Positions 39,691 through 50,882 of a DNA stretch of 64,000 nt are shown in pieces (within the stretch, counting starts at the first letter, position 1; every line of letters starts with the position of its first letter). This DNA comes from Negaprion brevirostris. Taxonomy: Eukaryota. The position numbers were made by a program, and so were the translations under genes. The stretch lies in NCBI GenBank assembly GCA_030324005.1, contig JARDVH010000140.1, forward strand, positions 21,937,561-22,001,560. The letters are read 5' to 3'. The notes beneath the pieces are model-generated. The model ran no database searches and had not been told where the DNA came from. It saw only the letters and a list, made by a program, of their open reading frames with translations.

Positions 39691-40255
39691 ACTGCAAACC
39701 AGTCACCATATGTGACATGAACAGTAGTATTGTAGTTCTGTAATTCTAAATTAGTGCCCTGGAGAGTTCAAACCCCACCATGACAATTGGGGAATTTGAG
39801 TTAGTCAAATCTAGAATAAAGAATTAGTCTCAATAGTGTCTTCTGTGAAATTACTTGAATGTCATAAAAACCCACCTTGGTTCACCAATGTCCTTCAGGA
39901 AAGTAAATCTACTGTCCTATTAAATCTGCTCTACATTTGACTCCAGACCCACAGCAATATGGCTGACCCTTAACTGACCTAGAGGCTGACTCTTTGAAAT
40001 GACCTAGAAAGCCACTTATTGTATCAAACTACTATGAAAAGGTTGAAGATTAAAACCAGATACACCACCAAGATACATGTAGCCCAGTGGACATTCCAAA
40101 TCGTTCCCCCGACATTTGGGGAATTGTGCCAAAATTGAGAGCGCTGTCCCACATACTAGTCAACCAATAGGTTGACTTAATCAAAGAATCATATCTCTCA
40201 GCCAATGTTTCAGAATTTTTCATTATCCCCGGATATGTTCTGATTTGGTGGAAGA

Positions 40256-41240
40256 TTCTTAGAGCCGACAGAATTCCACTGAAGATTGTCAATCTTGTTG
40301 GGAAGGTCTATGAGCATTTCAAGTGTAGTATCATCCTCGGCAATACATTGAGTGGTATGAATAAAGTCTGGAGTGCAACAGGCTGCATCCTCTCTCCTAT
40401 TCTAATCACCATTGACTGGGTCATATCAAACATTAGGCCACCCCAGGAGAATTCAGTGGACCTCTTTTTATACTTGGTGGATCTTGATTTTGTTGATGAT
40501 TTAGCTGCCATCTCTCCCAAGATACATCCAACTTCCAGAGAAGTCTGACAGACTTAGCATTTATGCAAAACAGGCTGGCCTTCATATCAACAAGCAGAAA
40601 ACACCAGCAGCACCTCCAATTACCATTGATGGATAAGCACCAGAGTATGTTGAGGACTTCACTTACCTCAGGAGCTTTATCAGCAATGACAAGGGTGTTA
40701 AGGAGGACATCAAGGCCCAGCTGAATAAAGCATTTAGCACACACAGAACTATCTGGAAGTCCAAACTGCATAGTCTTAAGACCAAAATCATACTATACAA
40801 CAGTAACATAAAGTCAGTCCTGCTGTATGGATCTGAAATCTGGAGGGTAGTGAAGACTGGCAATGGGCAAGGTCAACATCTTTCATAATTGATGTCTACG
40901 TAACACCTGTAACATCTACTGGCCAAATAAAATTTCCAATGAGGACGTGTACAAGAAGACAGATTGCTACAGCACTGTCCTTGAGATCAAAAAGGTTTGG
41001 CCACATGCTAAGGATGTTCCAAAAGCAAACACCAAAGGTTGCATTAAGATGCACGCTAGCTTGAAAATGTAAATGGGTTAGGCCAAAAACAACATCTTAG
41101 GAGTATGGTGACTGAACTGGAAGAGTAGGGGGCTTTTATAGGGCAAGGTACAAGCCAAGCTACAGCACAAAACAGGACCAGATGGAGGAAAGTTATTGAG
41201 GGCTGATGTCCCATCCAGGGCAAGAAGGATAACTAACTAA
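40256..41240 (+). mobile_element. RTE-clade LINE 3' part
   Basis: TGCILSPILITIDWV..DLDFVDDLA RT relic, FTYLRS, YNSNIKSVLLYGSEIW, and short tandem tail taactaactaa. Confidence 0.8.
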
Positions 41241-41369
41241 ATATCCTGATCTACTGGAAGGACAGACTCACCATAGATGGTGGCACAGTAACATACAGTC
41301 AAGAGTGGCAACACTGGCAGTCCAGAGAAAAATCTCTGAAGTTTCATGGCCAAACATTGGCAAAAAGCC

Positions 41370-41535
41370 TTTTTTAAATTCACTCATGACAAATGGGTGT
41401 CACTGGCTGGCCAACATTTATTGCCCATCCCTTACTGTCCTTTTTCAGAGGGCAGTTAAGAGTCAATTACATTACTGTGGCTCTAAAGCCACACGCAGGC
41501 CAGATCAGGTAAGGACACCTTCCCTCAAGTGATAA
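41370..41535 (-). mobile_element. SINE sharing body and tail with LINE-A
   Basis: gggtgtcactggctggccaacatttattgcccatcc (LINE-A tail) joined to gggcagttaagagtcaa..cattactgtgg, which matches the LINE-A 5' region at 39900-39980. Confidence 0.6.
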
Positions 41536-42789
41536 ATTAACACTATGTTGAGAAACCCTAGAAAGAGGCATTGTGGGTACCAANNNNNNNNNNNNNNNNN
41601 NNNNNNNNNNNNNNNNNNNNNNNNNNNNNNNNNNNAATAGTACCAAGCTGGGTGAGTTCGGAACACACATCTGCCAGACCGGGCTTATTACAGGAAGCAA
41701 GAGACCCAAAACAAGGGAAATATCTACTTTACATCATCATCACCAATCTAGCCATCAGATTCATCCATCTTGGACAGAATTGACAGGAGGACTGACCACC
41801 TTACTATCCTTGTGGAGATTAAATCCAGCCTTCACACTGAGAATACTCACCATTGTGCTGCATGCCATAACCACTTTGCTAAATGGGACAGGTGCAGAGT
41901 GGCTCAAAACTGGGCAATTAATGAGGCACAGTGGGTCATCAGCACCATCAGAATTGCAATCCAATACAATTTGCAACCTAATGGCCTGGCATATCCCTCA
42001 CTCCAGCAATATGCTAAGGTCAGGGAATCAACCCTGATTCAATGAGGAGGGCATTCCAGGAACAGCAGCACTAAACATGAGATGCCAACCTAATGAACTC
42101 CGTGCATGTTAAACAGTGGAAGCAGTATGTGATAGATAGAACTAAGCAATACAACAACCAACAGATCAGATCAAACCTCTACAATCCTGCCAGAAGCCGT
42201 CACAAATGATGGTGGACAATTAAACTAACAAGAGAAACATCATCCTCAATGATGGCAGAACACAACATGGTGGTGAAATAACATACCTGAAGTATTTGCA
42301 AGCATCTTCAGCCAAGTCTGTCAAGTGGATGATCTATTTTGATTTCTCCTAAACTCCCCAGCTTCACAGAAGCCAATCTTCATCTAATTCAACTCACTCA
42401 GGAAACAGCTCAGCACACTGAATGCAGCAAAGGCTATGAGCTCCTAATAACATCCGAATATAGTGAAGACTTGGGTTCCAGAGCTAGTTGCACTGAATTG
42501 TTCCAGAACAATTTCTGCATCTAGTCAACAATGTAGAAAATTGCTCAGGCACATTGTTTCCAGAAAACCAACCCAGCCAATTACTGTCAACAGTTTACTC
42601 TCAAAGAGATGGAAGACACCAACAGGGCCACTATTCAACACTTACTTACCACCTACAGCTGATACGCTCACTGATATTCAGCTCGGGTTCTGCCAGGGCA
42701 TCTTGGCATCTGACCTCATTACAACCTCAGTCCAGATATGGAGAAAATAACTAAATGGAAGCGGTGAGGTGAAAGTGATTCCTTGTTAC

Positions 42790-45240
42790 AGGACTGGCAT
42801 TTGTTTTGCAACTTCTGAAATCATGTCATCATGGTGATCTCCTGCCCACAGCTGACTTCATCATTTGTATCAAACATTAGCTCGAGCTTCCCACTTGTCC
42901 CCGATGTTGACGGCATTCCGTGAATCTGAGTTTTGGGTGCGCTATTGGTCTCCTGGTGTGGACTACCTCTCTATATAGCTCATCCTTAGGGATATGGGCA
43001 TCTTCCATTCTGTGCACACGTCCAAGTGAGTGTAGTTTCCTTTGCCGGATTAATGCTAACATAAGAGGCATCTTTGTCCTAGAAAGGGTTGTTTCAATGA
43101 TATCAGGTGATATCAGTTACATCACAGACACCAGAGATGGAAGTTATTGAGCATTTGCTTTTGGTGGATATTAGCTGTTCAAGCTTTTCTCCCATACAAC
43201 AAAGCACGTGTTGAACTCTTTGTCAAGATGCAGGTTTCCTGTCACTGTAGATCCAAATGCAGTAGAACTTGTTGACTGTTTCCAGTGGTGTTGTTGAGTC
43301 TGATGACAGGTGGAGACAAAGCACTCTGTCCCATAACTAGTTTTCTTGACACAGCTGGTGATGGAGAACATGACGCAAGCATGGGATAGATGCTCACGAA
43401 CCTTCGGAGCTGGTTGTGTCTGGGCATCAGAGAGGATCTCTGATCAGGAACATGTCTCACTTTTGTCTTGACTATCAGTCCGGACAGATTGAGGAGTTTC
43501 CCATCAAATTGCACGTGAAGGTAGATTCCTTCCTTATCAGCAGGGACAGCATAGGTCAACAGGACAGAGAAAAAAAATACCAAAGGTGGGGGTTAAGATG
43601 CCACTCTGTTCTCACTCCACTCTTAATCCCCAAAACATCGGAGGTGCAGCCATCGTTACGGTGTTGCACGTTATCGTGGAAAAACTGCACGAGACTGTGA
43701 AACGTGAGAAGCACCTGATTTTCCCTGGTATTGAGGATAGGCCTGTCCTGCTCAGAATGTTAAATGCTATTGGTTTGCATACATGTAGAATCTTTGTTGC
43801 TCTCTGTGCTTTGCTTTAAGCTGATATGGGGAGAAGGTTATTTCTACTGTGGAGTTGCACACTCTGAAGCCAACCTGTACTTCCAGGCAAATTCTCTTGG
43901 CTAGGCAATGTAGCCTTATTGGAACGACTCTGGAAAAGGATTGTTCTGATATAACATGTTTGCATTGCACATCTCCTGTGGGACAGAGTCTTCAGTTTAG
44001 CAGAGGTGGAAGGGGTTGTGAGGGAATGGTAGCAGATGGGGATTTCCATACGTGAGTAGCTTGGATGGTATTCCGTTCTTTCTAGGTGCTTTCCTTGCTG
44101 CTAGGGAGTCAATGGCCTTTACAAGCTTAGGTAACGAGGGTTTTGCATCAAACTCGTAAATGACATGTATATAGAGAAAATTATCAAGCACGAGCAGAGA
44201 GACATTTTTCACGTGAACATAGCTCAGCGCAGTGCATTACTCAGCAGGTTATTTGCTTGTTCTGAACGTAAGCACCTTCTCAACTATGGATTTCAAAGGA
44301 GCAACTTTGGTGATGACGGTGATAAGTGTTCTTTTGAATCCTTCATATACAGTGAAAGTTACCATTGTCAATGGCAGTTTATATTTCTTCTCATGAATTA
44401 ATCCAATACTTGAGCACAGTTCCTTGCTCCGTTCTGCATAACTACATTGGCTAGCATGAGACTGTCACATGCTTTAGGGTTACAAGGCACGTTTTAAGCA
44501 AGGTGAGTTCATTTCAATGAAAAGACATTTCTTTGAAGTGGATCTTGAAACAACCTTTGCCTATTTTTTGCTTTCCCAAATGTGATTACTGCACCTTCAT
44601 AGATGATTGACTGCAGATATTTCCATGCTTCACCAACGTTATCAGGAGAGCCCTTCAAGCGGAGGGAACTACCTGGAAGCCGAAAACTTTAACAATTGGT
44701 GGCAGCTCTTTTGGACGGAATGCAGATGCTTGCACTTGTCTTCTTTTCCCATAATTGCAACTTCACTGACAACCGATCAGTAATGCAATCTACACAGTCG
44801 TGGACGCGAGGAACACTGAATAGATTGCATTTTATGGTGATTTTCAGGTCAAATTGGCATCAAGGGCTAAATCTTGGATGGTGCAATGACATCCTGTGCC
44901 AATGTCTGCCCTGGAAGGTGGTATAACACAAAGTTCACTCTGCGCACAAAGTCCTGGTTGCAGCTGTTCATTTTCATTCACCATGGCACACATGACCAAA
45001 GCATGCTTGCCATGAAAGTGCCAGATCCAATTCTTGTGCTGAAGATCTCCAGGAGAAATAACTTTGCTCCTTGTGGCAGACGTTCCAGTTCACCTGTAAT
45101 TTTGCAGAAGTTATTTTTCTCTTCAGCACTGGCATACAAGGTTGGTGCATAAGCACAGATGGTTGTGACAAAACTTTGTGGATGAAAGCTTTCAGAAGTC
45201 ACAACAGGCATCTCCATTGTCTCCAACAATCTTAGGCTGA
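42790..45240 (-). mobile_element. RTE-clade LINE (endonuclease to C-terminus), degenerate
   Basis: Minus-strand TTICAYAPTLYASAEEKNNF (APE), KAIDSLAARKAPRKNGIP, QVGFRVCNSTVE, LGRVHRMEDAHIPKDELY..RRPIAHPKLRF. Confidence 0.85.
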
Positions 45241-45989
45241 TGTATGGCACACACTTTTTGCCATTCAAGTGCCTAGAAATGACCATCTTAAATAAAAGAA
45301 AATCTAACCATCTTCCCCTGACATTTAGCAGCATTGCCACTGCTGAATATGCCCCCATCAACATCCGAAGGGCTTACCATTGACCAAAAACTTAACTGGC
45401 CCAGTCACATAAATATGGCAACTACAAAAGCAAGGCAGTATGATTGGGAATTCACCTCCTGACTTTCTAAAGTTTCTACAAGGTTAGGTGTGTGATGAAA
45501 CATTCTCAATTGCTTGCACGAATACAGATAAACACGCTAAGTCCTGCGCAGGACAAGTAGTCCTCCACCATCCCTTAATTGTTGCCCTTTTCAACAGCTT
45601 AAATATTTAGTCTCCCCATTAGAAACACATCATAGCAGCAGCTGGACCATCTACACAACGCACTGTAGCAACTCACTAAGGCGCCTTTGATGACACCTTT
45701 CAGATCTGCAAATTCTACCACCTAGAATGGCAGCAAACACAGACACACCGGACTGTCAGGTCATGCACTTTCGTGATTTGGAAAATACTTGGCGTTCCTT
45801 CACAATCGCTGGATCAAAATCCTGAAACTCTATCCCTAACACCACTTTGACAATGCCTACACCACAACGTCTGCAGCGATTCAAGTGGCAGCTCAATAGT
45901 ACCTACTCATGGGCAATAAATACTTGCTTTGCTAGTGATGCACAAAAGCAGAGACCGAATGAAAAAAATAAATACCTAAGTGTCAATGG

Positions 45990-46230
45990 TAGCATTCTTA
46001 TCTCTCCGACTTGGGTTCAAACCCACTTCAGGATGACAGCAAACAATATATATTGAAGCACTGAAAGAGTGCTACACCATCAGAATTGCCAAGTTTCAGA
46101 TGCAATGCTAAATCTAACACCTGCATACGTGTGGACATAAAAAATTCCAACGCACTTTTCAAAAGAGAAAAATCAGGCAATTCTCTGTTTTCTGGCCAAT
46201 ATTCACCATTAAGTTTGGGGCACCAAACCG
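45990..46230 (+). mobile_element. Deu-domain SINE (SacSINE1/AmnSINE1-like), degenerate
   Basis: gagtgctacaccatcag..tttcagatg..gtggacataaaaaattcc..gcacttttcaaaagag..ctggccaatatt resembles the Deu domain; second copy at 61010. Confidence 0.55.
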
Positions 46231-47940
46231 CAGGAACTTGGATTTGAAAGCATTATAGCACAGGTTCATCAAAATGACACCAAGGCTTAAAGTATTCATC
46301 CACAAGAACAGGTTGCATAAAATATTTTGTATTTGCTTGAGTTTGGAAGTTTGAAAAAGTAATACAATTAAGGCATTTATAATGATCAATTAACTAAATT
46401 AAGTAAATATAGAGGAACTATTTCCTCTGCTGGAAAATCCAGGACAAGAGGGCGTCATTTTACAATTAGAGTGGAGTGAAATTAGAAAGCTACTTCTGTA
46501 CACAAAGCGCGTGGAAAATCTACACCTTGCTCCCCTAAAAGGCTGCAGATCTTGGAACAAATAGAACTTTTCAAAAAAGATTTTTTCAACAGATTTTTAG
46601 AAAGGTATCGAGGAACATGAAAAAATTGCAAACAGAGTTGAGGGACATTTTAGCCGTGATCTAGCTGAATGGTGGAAAGACTCAAGGGGCTGAATAGTCA
46701 ACCCCTGAGTGGGTCTGTCCAGATTACAACAACATTTGGCGATATGGAATCAAATATCAATTTGTCTTTGTTGTCAAATCCACAACCAAGAACTTTCCTA
46801 AAAATAGGTGGCATATATTGTGTAAAACGTTGAATACTTTTGAGATGAACGTGTGAATTACTATAATTTTGCACATCGGTATATGGTATTATGTAAAACC
46901 AGCACAAAACAGGAAGAATCAAGTTGGGTGAATTGGTTGTGCTAAATTGCCCATTTGTGCCCAAAAAAGTGTAAGTTAGGTGTATTAGACATGGGAAATG
47001 CATAGGCTTACGCGGGCGGGCAGGTGCTGGTTCAGTGGTGAATGGCCACCTTCTGCACTTTAGGGATTTCTAAGGTTCTATGTCCAGCATTTAAATTTCC
47101 TTTCCTCAATCTAAATAAAAAATAAAAATGAATTTTGGAAAGTGGATTTCAGAATTGTCTGTTGTTTATGGCCAGTATCAGGAATTACAATAAGCTGTAC
47201 TTAGCTAGGACAAGTTCCAATTTTATTCCCGACATCCCGCAGAAAGCATGTTTCAAGGTTCTACCTGCATCTTCAACTAATCCTTGGAGTCAGTAAGAAC
47301 ATCTACTACTGCAGATGCCAGCGTGAAAGTGTTGACTTTTGGTACACTTATTAACTTACGTCTGTTAGAGTACTATGATTTCTAGAGTCAAAATGTTGTA
47401 TGTTCAAATGGCACTAAGAGCTTATAACAGTCCTGGTCAGAAATACATCTTTTGATTGCAATGTTGAACTTAGGTCACAGGCTCTGCGTGTTTCCAGGTG
47501 GGCATAACAGACTTCAACAATCCCCTGTTNNNNNNNNNNNNNNNNNNNNNNNNNNNNNNNNNNNNNNNNNNNNNNNNNNNNNNNNNNNNNAAATAAATGA
47601 TGGCTACACATTTGCTACTTGCATACCCAAATGCGTAAATTGTCTGGTAGTTATCTACACAACATCAGCATTTCAAATAATCAGCTGCATAGTGCTTTGA
47701 GGCATCCAGAAGATTTGAGAATATGCTTATGTGAATATATTTCTCTTGCGCAGTATCACAACATGGTTCTGTGCTTTCATTTTGCATTAACCAAACTCTA
47801 AACTTTCTTTACGTGAAAGAAATATTAAAATGAGATATCATCTTCCTATCATAGTGCATATTCCAGAAATAAGTTAATTGTGCACAATGGGGATACAAAC
47901 CATATATGGCTCAAGTTTACACTGCAGACATATCACATAC

Positions 47941-48037
47941 CATCGTCATCTTCCATGAACTTCTTGGGTACTGCTGTTCCTTCTTCATTATACTCTTCCT
48001 CAGACTCCTCAGCTTCACTCTCCACAAAGTCAGACAT
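47941..48037 (-). CDS. SUPT6H: SUPT6H first coding exon ([32 protein letters not shown]); exon spans 47941-48048 with 11 nt of 5' UTR
   Basis: ATG at 48037; conserved [16 protein letters not shown] start; acceptor ttcttccttttcgctgtgcag; donor gtatgt. Confidence 0.97.
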
Positions 48038-48539
48038 CTTTGCAAACCCTGCACAGCGAAAAGGAAGAAATATTTGAAGCAAAACTCAAAGTCTATGTCA
48101 CACCAAAAGCAATTTAACAGGTATAGAAAGAGGGTCTATCTATTTGACTTTTTTTTGGGGGGGGGGAGAAAGAGAAGAGGAATGTTTATTTGAAACAGGT
48201 AACAAAAATGTATACAATAAAATATTTTATTAAGATGACAAAACATGCATGTTTAGTGCAGGAAAAAAGTAGGAAAGCGTACATTTTCTGAGATTAAAAA
48301 CACATAACGGAACTAACTTAATGTATATAAAAGATGTGGTTGACATTTAAAACAACGCTGGGGTTGTAGAATTGATAGGAGTGTGAACCTAAAGATCTGG
48401 GTAATCCTGTTACTGACTGTAAAGGGGGGAGGGGGAGAGGGCCAGTTACAGAGTAAGCAGGGATCAGAGGGAGTGGGTTTTTTGGCGATGGTTGGCAGTT
48501 TGTTTTTCCTGTGTGTGTGAGAGATGGGGATTTTGGGGC

Positions 48540-48900
48540 TGGGAGGATTTGCGGCCTAGTGCGGGTGTGGGAGCCTCCAACGCTGAAACCAGACCAGGTC
48601 AGCACGGCGGCGGTAGCCACAGTTCACACAAACAGCCGACCGTTTCAGAGAAAATATAAAAGAGAAGGGAAATAAATGGAGAGAGAAGGGAGAAGAGATC
48701 AGCACCTTGCTGAAGGTACCGAGAGAAAACGGCCCGATAACTTCCCCCGGACTGACTGAGCGATCCCAGCCCAGCACGGAAATACTTTAAAAATGGCCGC
48801 CCGTGTGCAACCCGCAAACCTCTCCGCGCCTTGTGCAACCCCTAAACCTTCCCCTTCCTGGCACCTCCAGCCCGCCGCCTCCAGTTCCGGGAGAGGAATC
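48540..48900 (-). promoter_or_regulatory. SUPT6H: CpG-rich SUPT6H promoter / non-coding first exon (candidate exon about 48706-48800)
   Basis: Local CpG enrichment; YY1-type AAAATGGCCGC 48790-48800; ETS-like CGGAAA and TTCCGG; first coding exon has an acceptor so an upstream exon is required; donor position uncertain. Confidence 0.55.
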
Positions 48901-49005
48901 AACACCAGAGATGTAAACATCCCAGCACCCAGGCATGTCCCCCCTCTCCCCTTCCAATCCTCATCCATTCTACCGTAGACAAGAGTGTGGCTCTTCCCCC
49001 TTTTG

Positions 49006-49356
49006 ATGTGGAAATAACAGGCGTTGGACTGGAGTAAAGCACAGTAAGAAGTCTCACAAAACCAGGTTTCAGTCCAACAGGTTTATTTGGTAGCACGTGA
49101 ATGGGAGTTCTGATCACAAACAGAGCATATAAAGACACACACTCAGTTTGCAGAATACTGATGAGAATGCGAGTCTTTACAGCTAATCAAGTCTTAAAGG
49201 TGCAGTCACTCACATTGTTTGTNNNNNNNNNNNNNNNNNNNNNNNNNNNNNNNNNNNNNNNNNNNNNNNNNGAAGGGGCAAACCCTGCAAGCTAGTGGCA
49301 TTTACTACCAAATAAACCTATTGGACTTTAACCTGGTGTTGTGAGACTTCTTACCG
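49006..49356. mobile_element. Fold-back Penelope-derived element with perfect 14-bp TSD, in the intergenic promoter region
   Basis: TSD TCTTCCCCCTTTTG at 48992-49005 and 49357-49370; left arm is the reverse complement of the 4149-4408 pLTR, right arm the direct pLTR end. Confidence 0.85.
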
Positions 49357-49799
49357 TCTTCCCCCTTTTGCCAAACACAACTCTACACCTGGACAACAGC
49401 TCTGAAGAAGATTTTGGCAGGAGGGTCGGAAGTGTTAATTTTTTCTCTGCACAGATTGACTCAGTTTATTCAACATTTTCTGCTTATAATATTATTATTG
49501 AAGAGGCGATGAACATACTCCAGACATGCCTGGGTGGGATTTTATAGCCTTGCTCGTCCCAAAATCATAACATCCTGCCCGCGGTCAATGGACCTTCCCA
49601 TTGCCCACTCCGATTCCTCTGGCAGGCGGGGCGGTAAAATTCTGGCCATTAACTCTGTTTCTCCCTCCACAGATGCTGCTAGATCTGCTGAGTTTAGCCA
49701 GCATTTACTATTTTTATATTATTACTCAAGAAGTCATTTTTAATCCAACTATTAACTCTGTTTCACTCTCCTTGGATGTTGCCTGACCAACGTTTTAAG

Positions 49800-50106
49800 T
49801 TTTCAAGTTATTTTTATTATTGTCACAAGTAGGCTTACATTAACATTGCAGTGAAGTTACAGTGAAAATCCCCTAGTCGCTACACTCCACCACCTGTTCA
49901 GTTACAGCGAGGGAGAATTTGTTAGCGTGGCCAATGCACCTAACCAGCACATCTTTCGTAAAGTGGGAGGAAACCGAAACCCCAGAGAAAACCCACGCAG
50001 ACATGGGGAGAATGGGCAGACTCTGCACAGACAGTGACCCAAGCCGAGAATCGAACCAGGTTCCTGGTGCTGTGAGGCAGCAGCGCTAACCACTGCATCA
50101 CCATGC
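49800..50106 (-). mobile_element. Full-length V-SINE, tail type B
   Basis: Reverse complement of the 38614-38925 element. Confidence 0.85.
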
Positions 50107-50307
50107 ATTTATCCAGCATTTTCTGACCCCAATTGCTGGCAGACTGTATATTTCTCACGATAGTTGAGTGGCCAATAGGTTAATCTCAAGGGGATAAAAT
50201 CAAATCTCTGTAATGAAGAAATTATCCAAACTCTTAAATTACAGATTTAATTGATACAAATATTTAAATATATGTATCTAACTCGATACTCCAACATTTC
50301 ATCATAA

Positions 50308-50782
50308 GGTGGCACTGTTATTGCTGGTCTTCAACCTGCCGTTGGCGCTGTTGGAGTTGGTCCTCCAGTCAGGTGGTGGCGCTGTTGGAACTGGTCCTCC
50401 AGTCTGCCGGTGGCTCTCTTGGTGCTGGTCCTCAAGTCTTCAGGTGGCGCTGTTGAGGCTGGTCCTCCAGCCTGGCGGTGGTCCTGTTGGAGCTGGTCCT
50501 CCAGTCTGGCGGTGGCGGTGTTTGAGCTGGTCCTTCAGCCTGCCGGTGGCGCTATTGGAGTTGGTCCTCCAGCCTACCGGTGGCGCTGTTGGATCTGGTC
50601 CTCCAGCTTGGCGGTGGCCCTATGGAAGCTGGTCCTCCAGCGTGCCGGTGGTGCTGTTGTAGTTTGTCCTCCAGCCTGCCGGTGGCGTTGTTGAAGCTGG
50701 TCCTCCAGCCTGCCGGTGGCGCTGTTGAAGCTGGTCCTCCAGCCTGCCGGTGGCGCTGTTGGAGCTGGTCTTCCAGCTTGCT
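50308..50782. repeat. GC-rich minisatellite, 34-bp unit, about 14 copies
   Basis: Consensus GGTGGCGCTGTTGGAGCTGGTCCTCCAGCCTGCC in contiguous tandem copies with scattered substitutions. Confidence 0.92.
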
Positions 50783-50821
50783 GACGTTGGCTGGCAGCCG
50801 GGTGGCGGTTGAAGGAGGAAG

Positions 50822-50882
50822 ATGGAGTCTGCGTTAAAGCCGGTCTCGGGGTTGGTCCGGCTGTGGATTGTTTCCTGGTTTG
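50822..50882 (+). CDS. SDF2: Probable start of SDF2 exon 1 (signal-peptide-like MESALKPVSGLVRLWIVSWF), remainder lost in N-gap 50883-51520
   Basis: Strong Kozak gaagATGG in CpG-rich sequence, hydrophobic N-terminus, upstream of SDF2 exon 2; the conserved VTCGS..HSHDV part is not visible. Confidence 0.6.

Larger units (their letters stand above)
39720..45970 (+). mobile_element. Long degenerate LINE-A copy split by nested insertions (pieces about 39720-40255, 41240-41360, 41700-42790, 45245-45970)
   Basis: Collinear endonuclease, RT (QLGFCQGILASDLIT) and shared 3' tail pieces on the same strand separated by RTE and SINE insertions. Confidence 0.65.

Noticed and set aside
32616-39725. ACATGAACAGT at 32616-32626 and 39715-39725 as a TSD of the LTR block
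   Set aside because: Left copy lies inside a duplicated LINE tail and 11 bp is too long for an integrase TSD; may be chance.
48793-48978. ORF MAARVQPANLS as SDF2 exon 1
   Set aside because: No signal-peptide character or SDF2 similarity; the ATG is part of a YY1-type motif.
50308-50782. CRISPR-like array or repeat-protein ORFs (50309, 50410, 50580)
   Set aside because: Units are contiguous with no unique spacers, no cas genes, eukaryotic context; ORFs result from a stop-poor 34-bp repeat.
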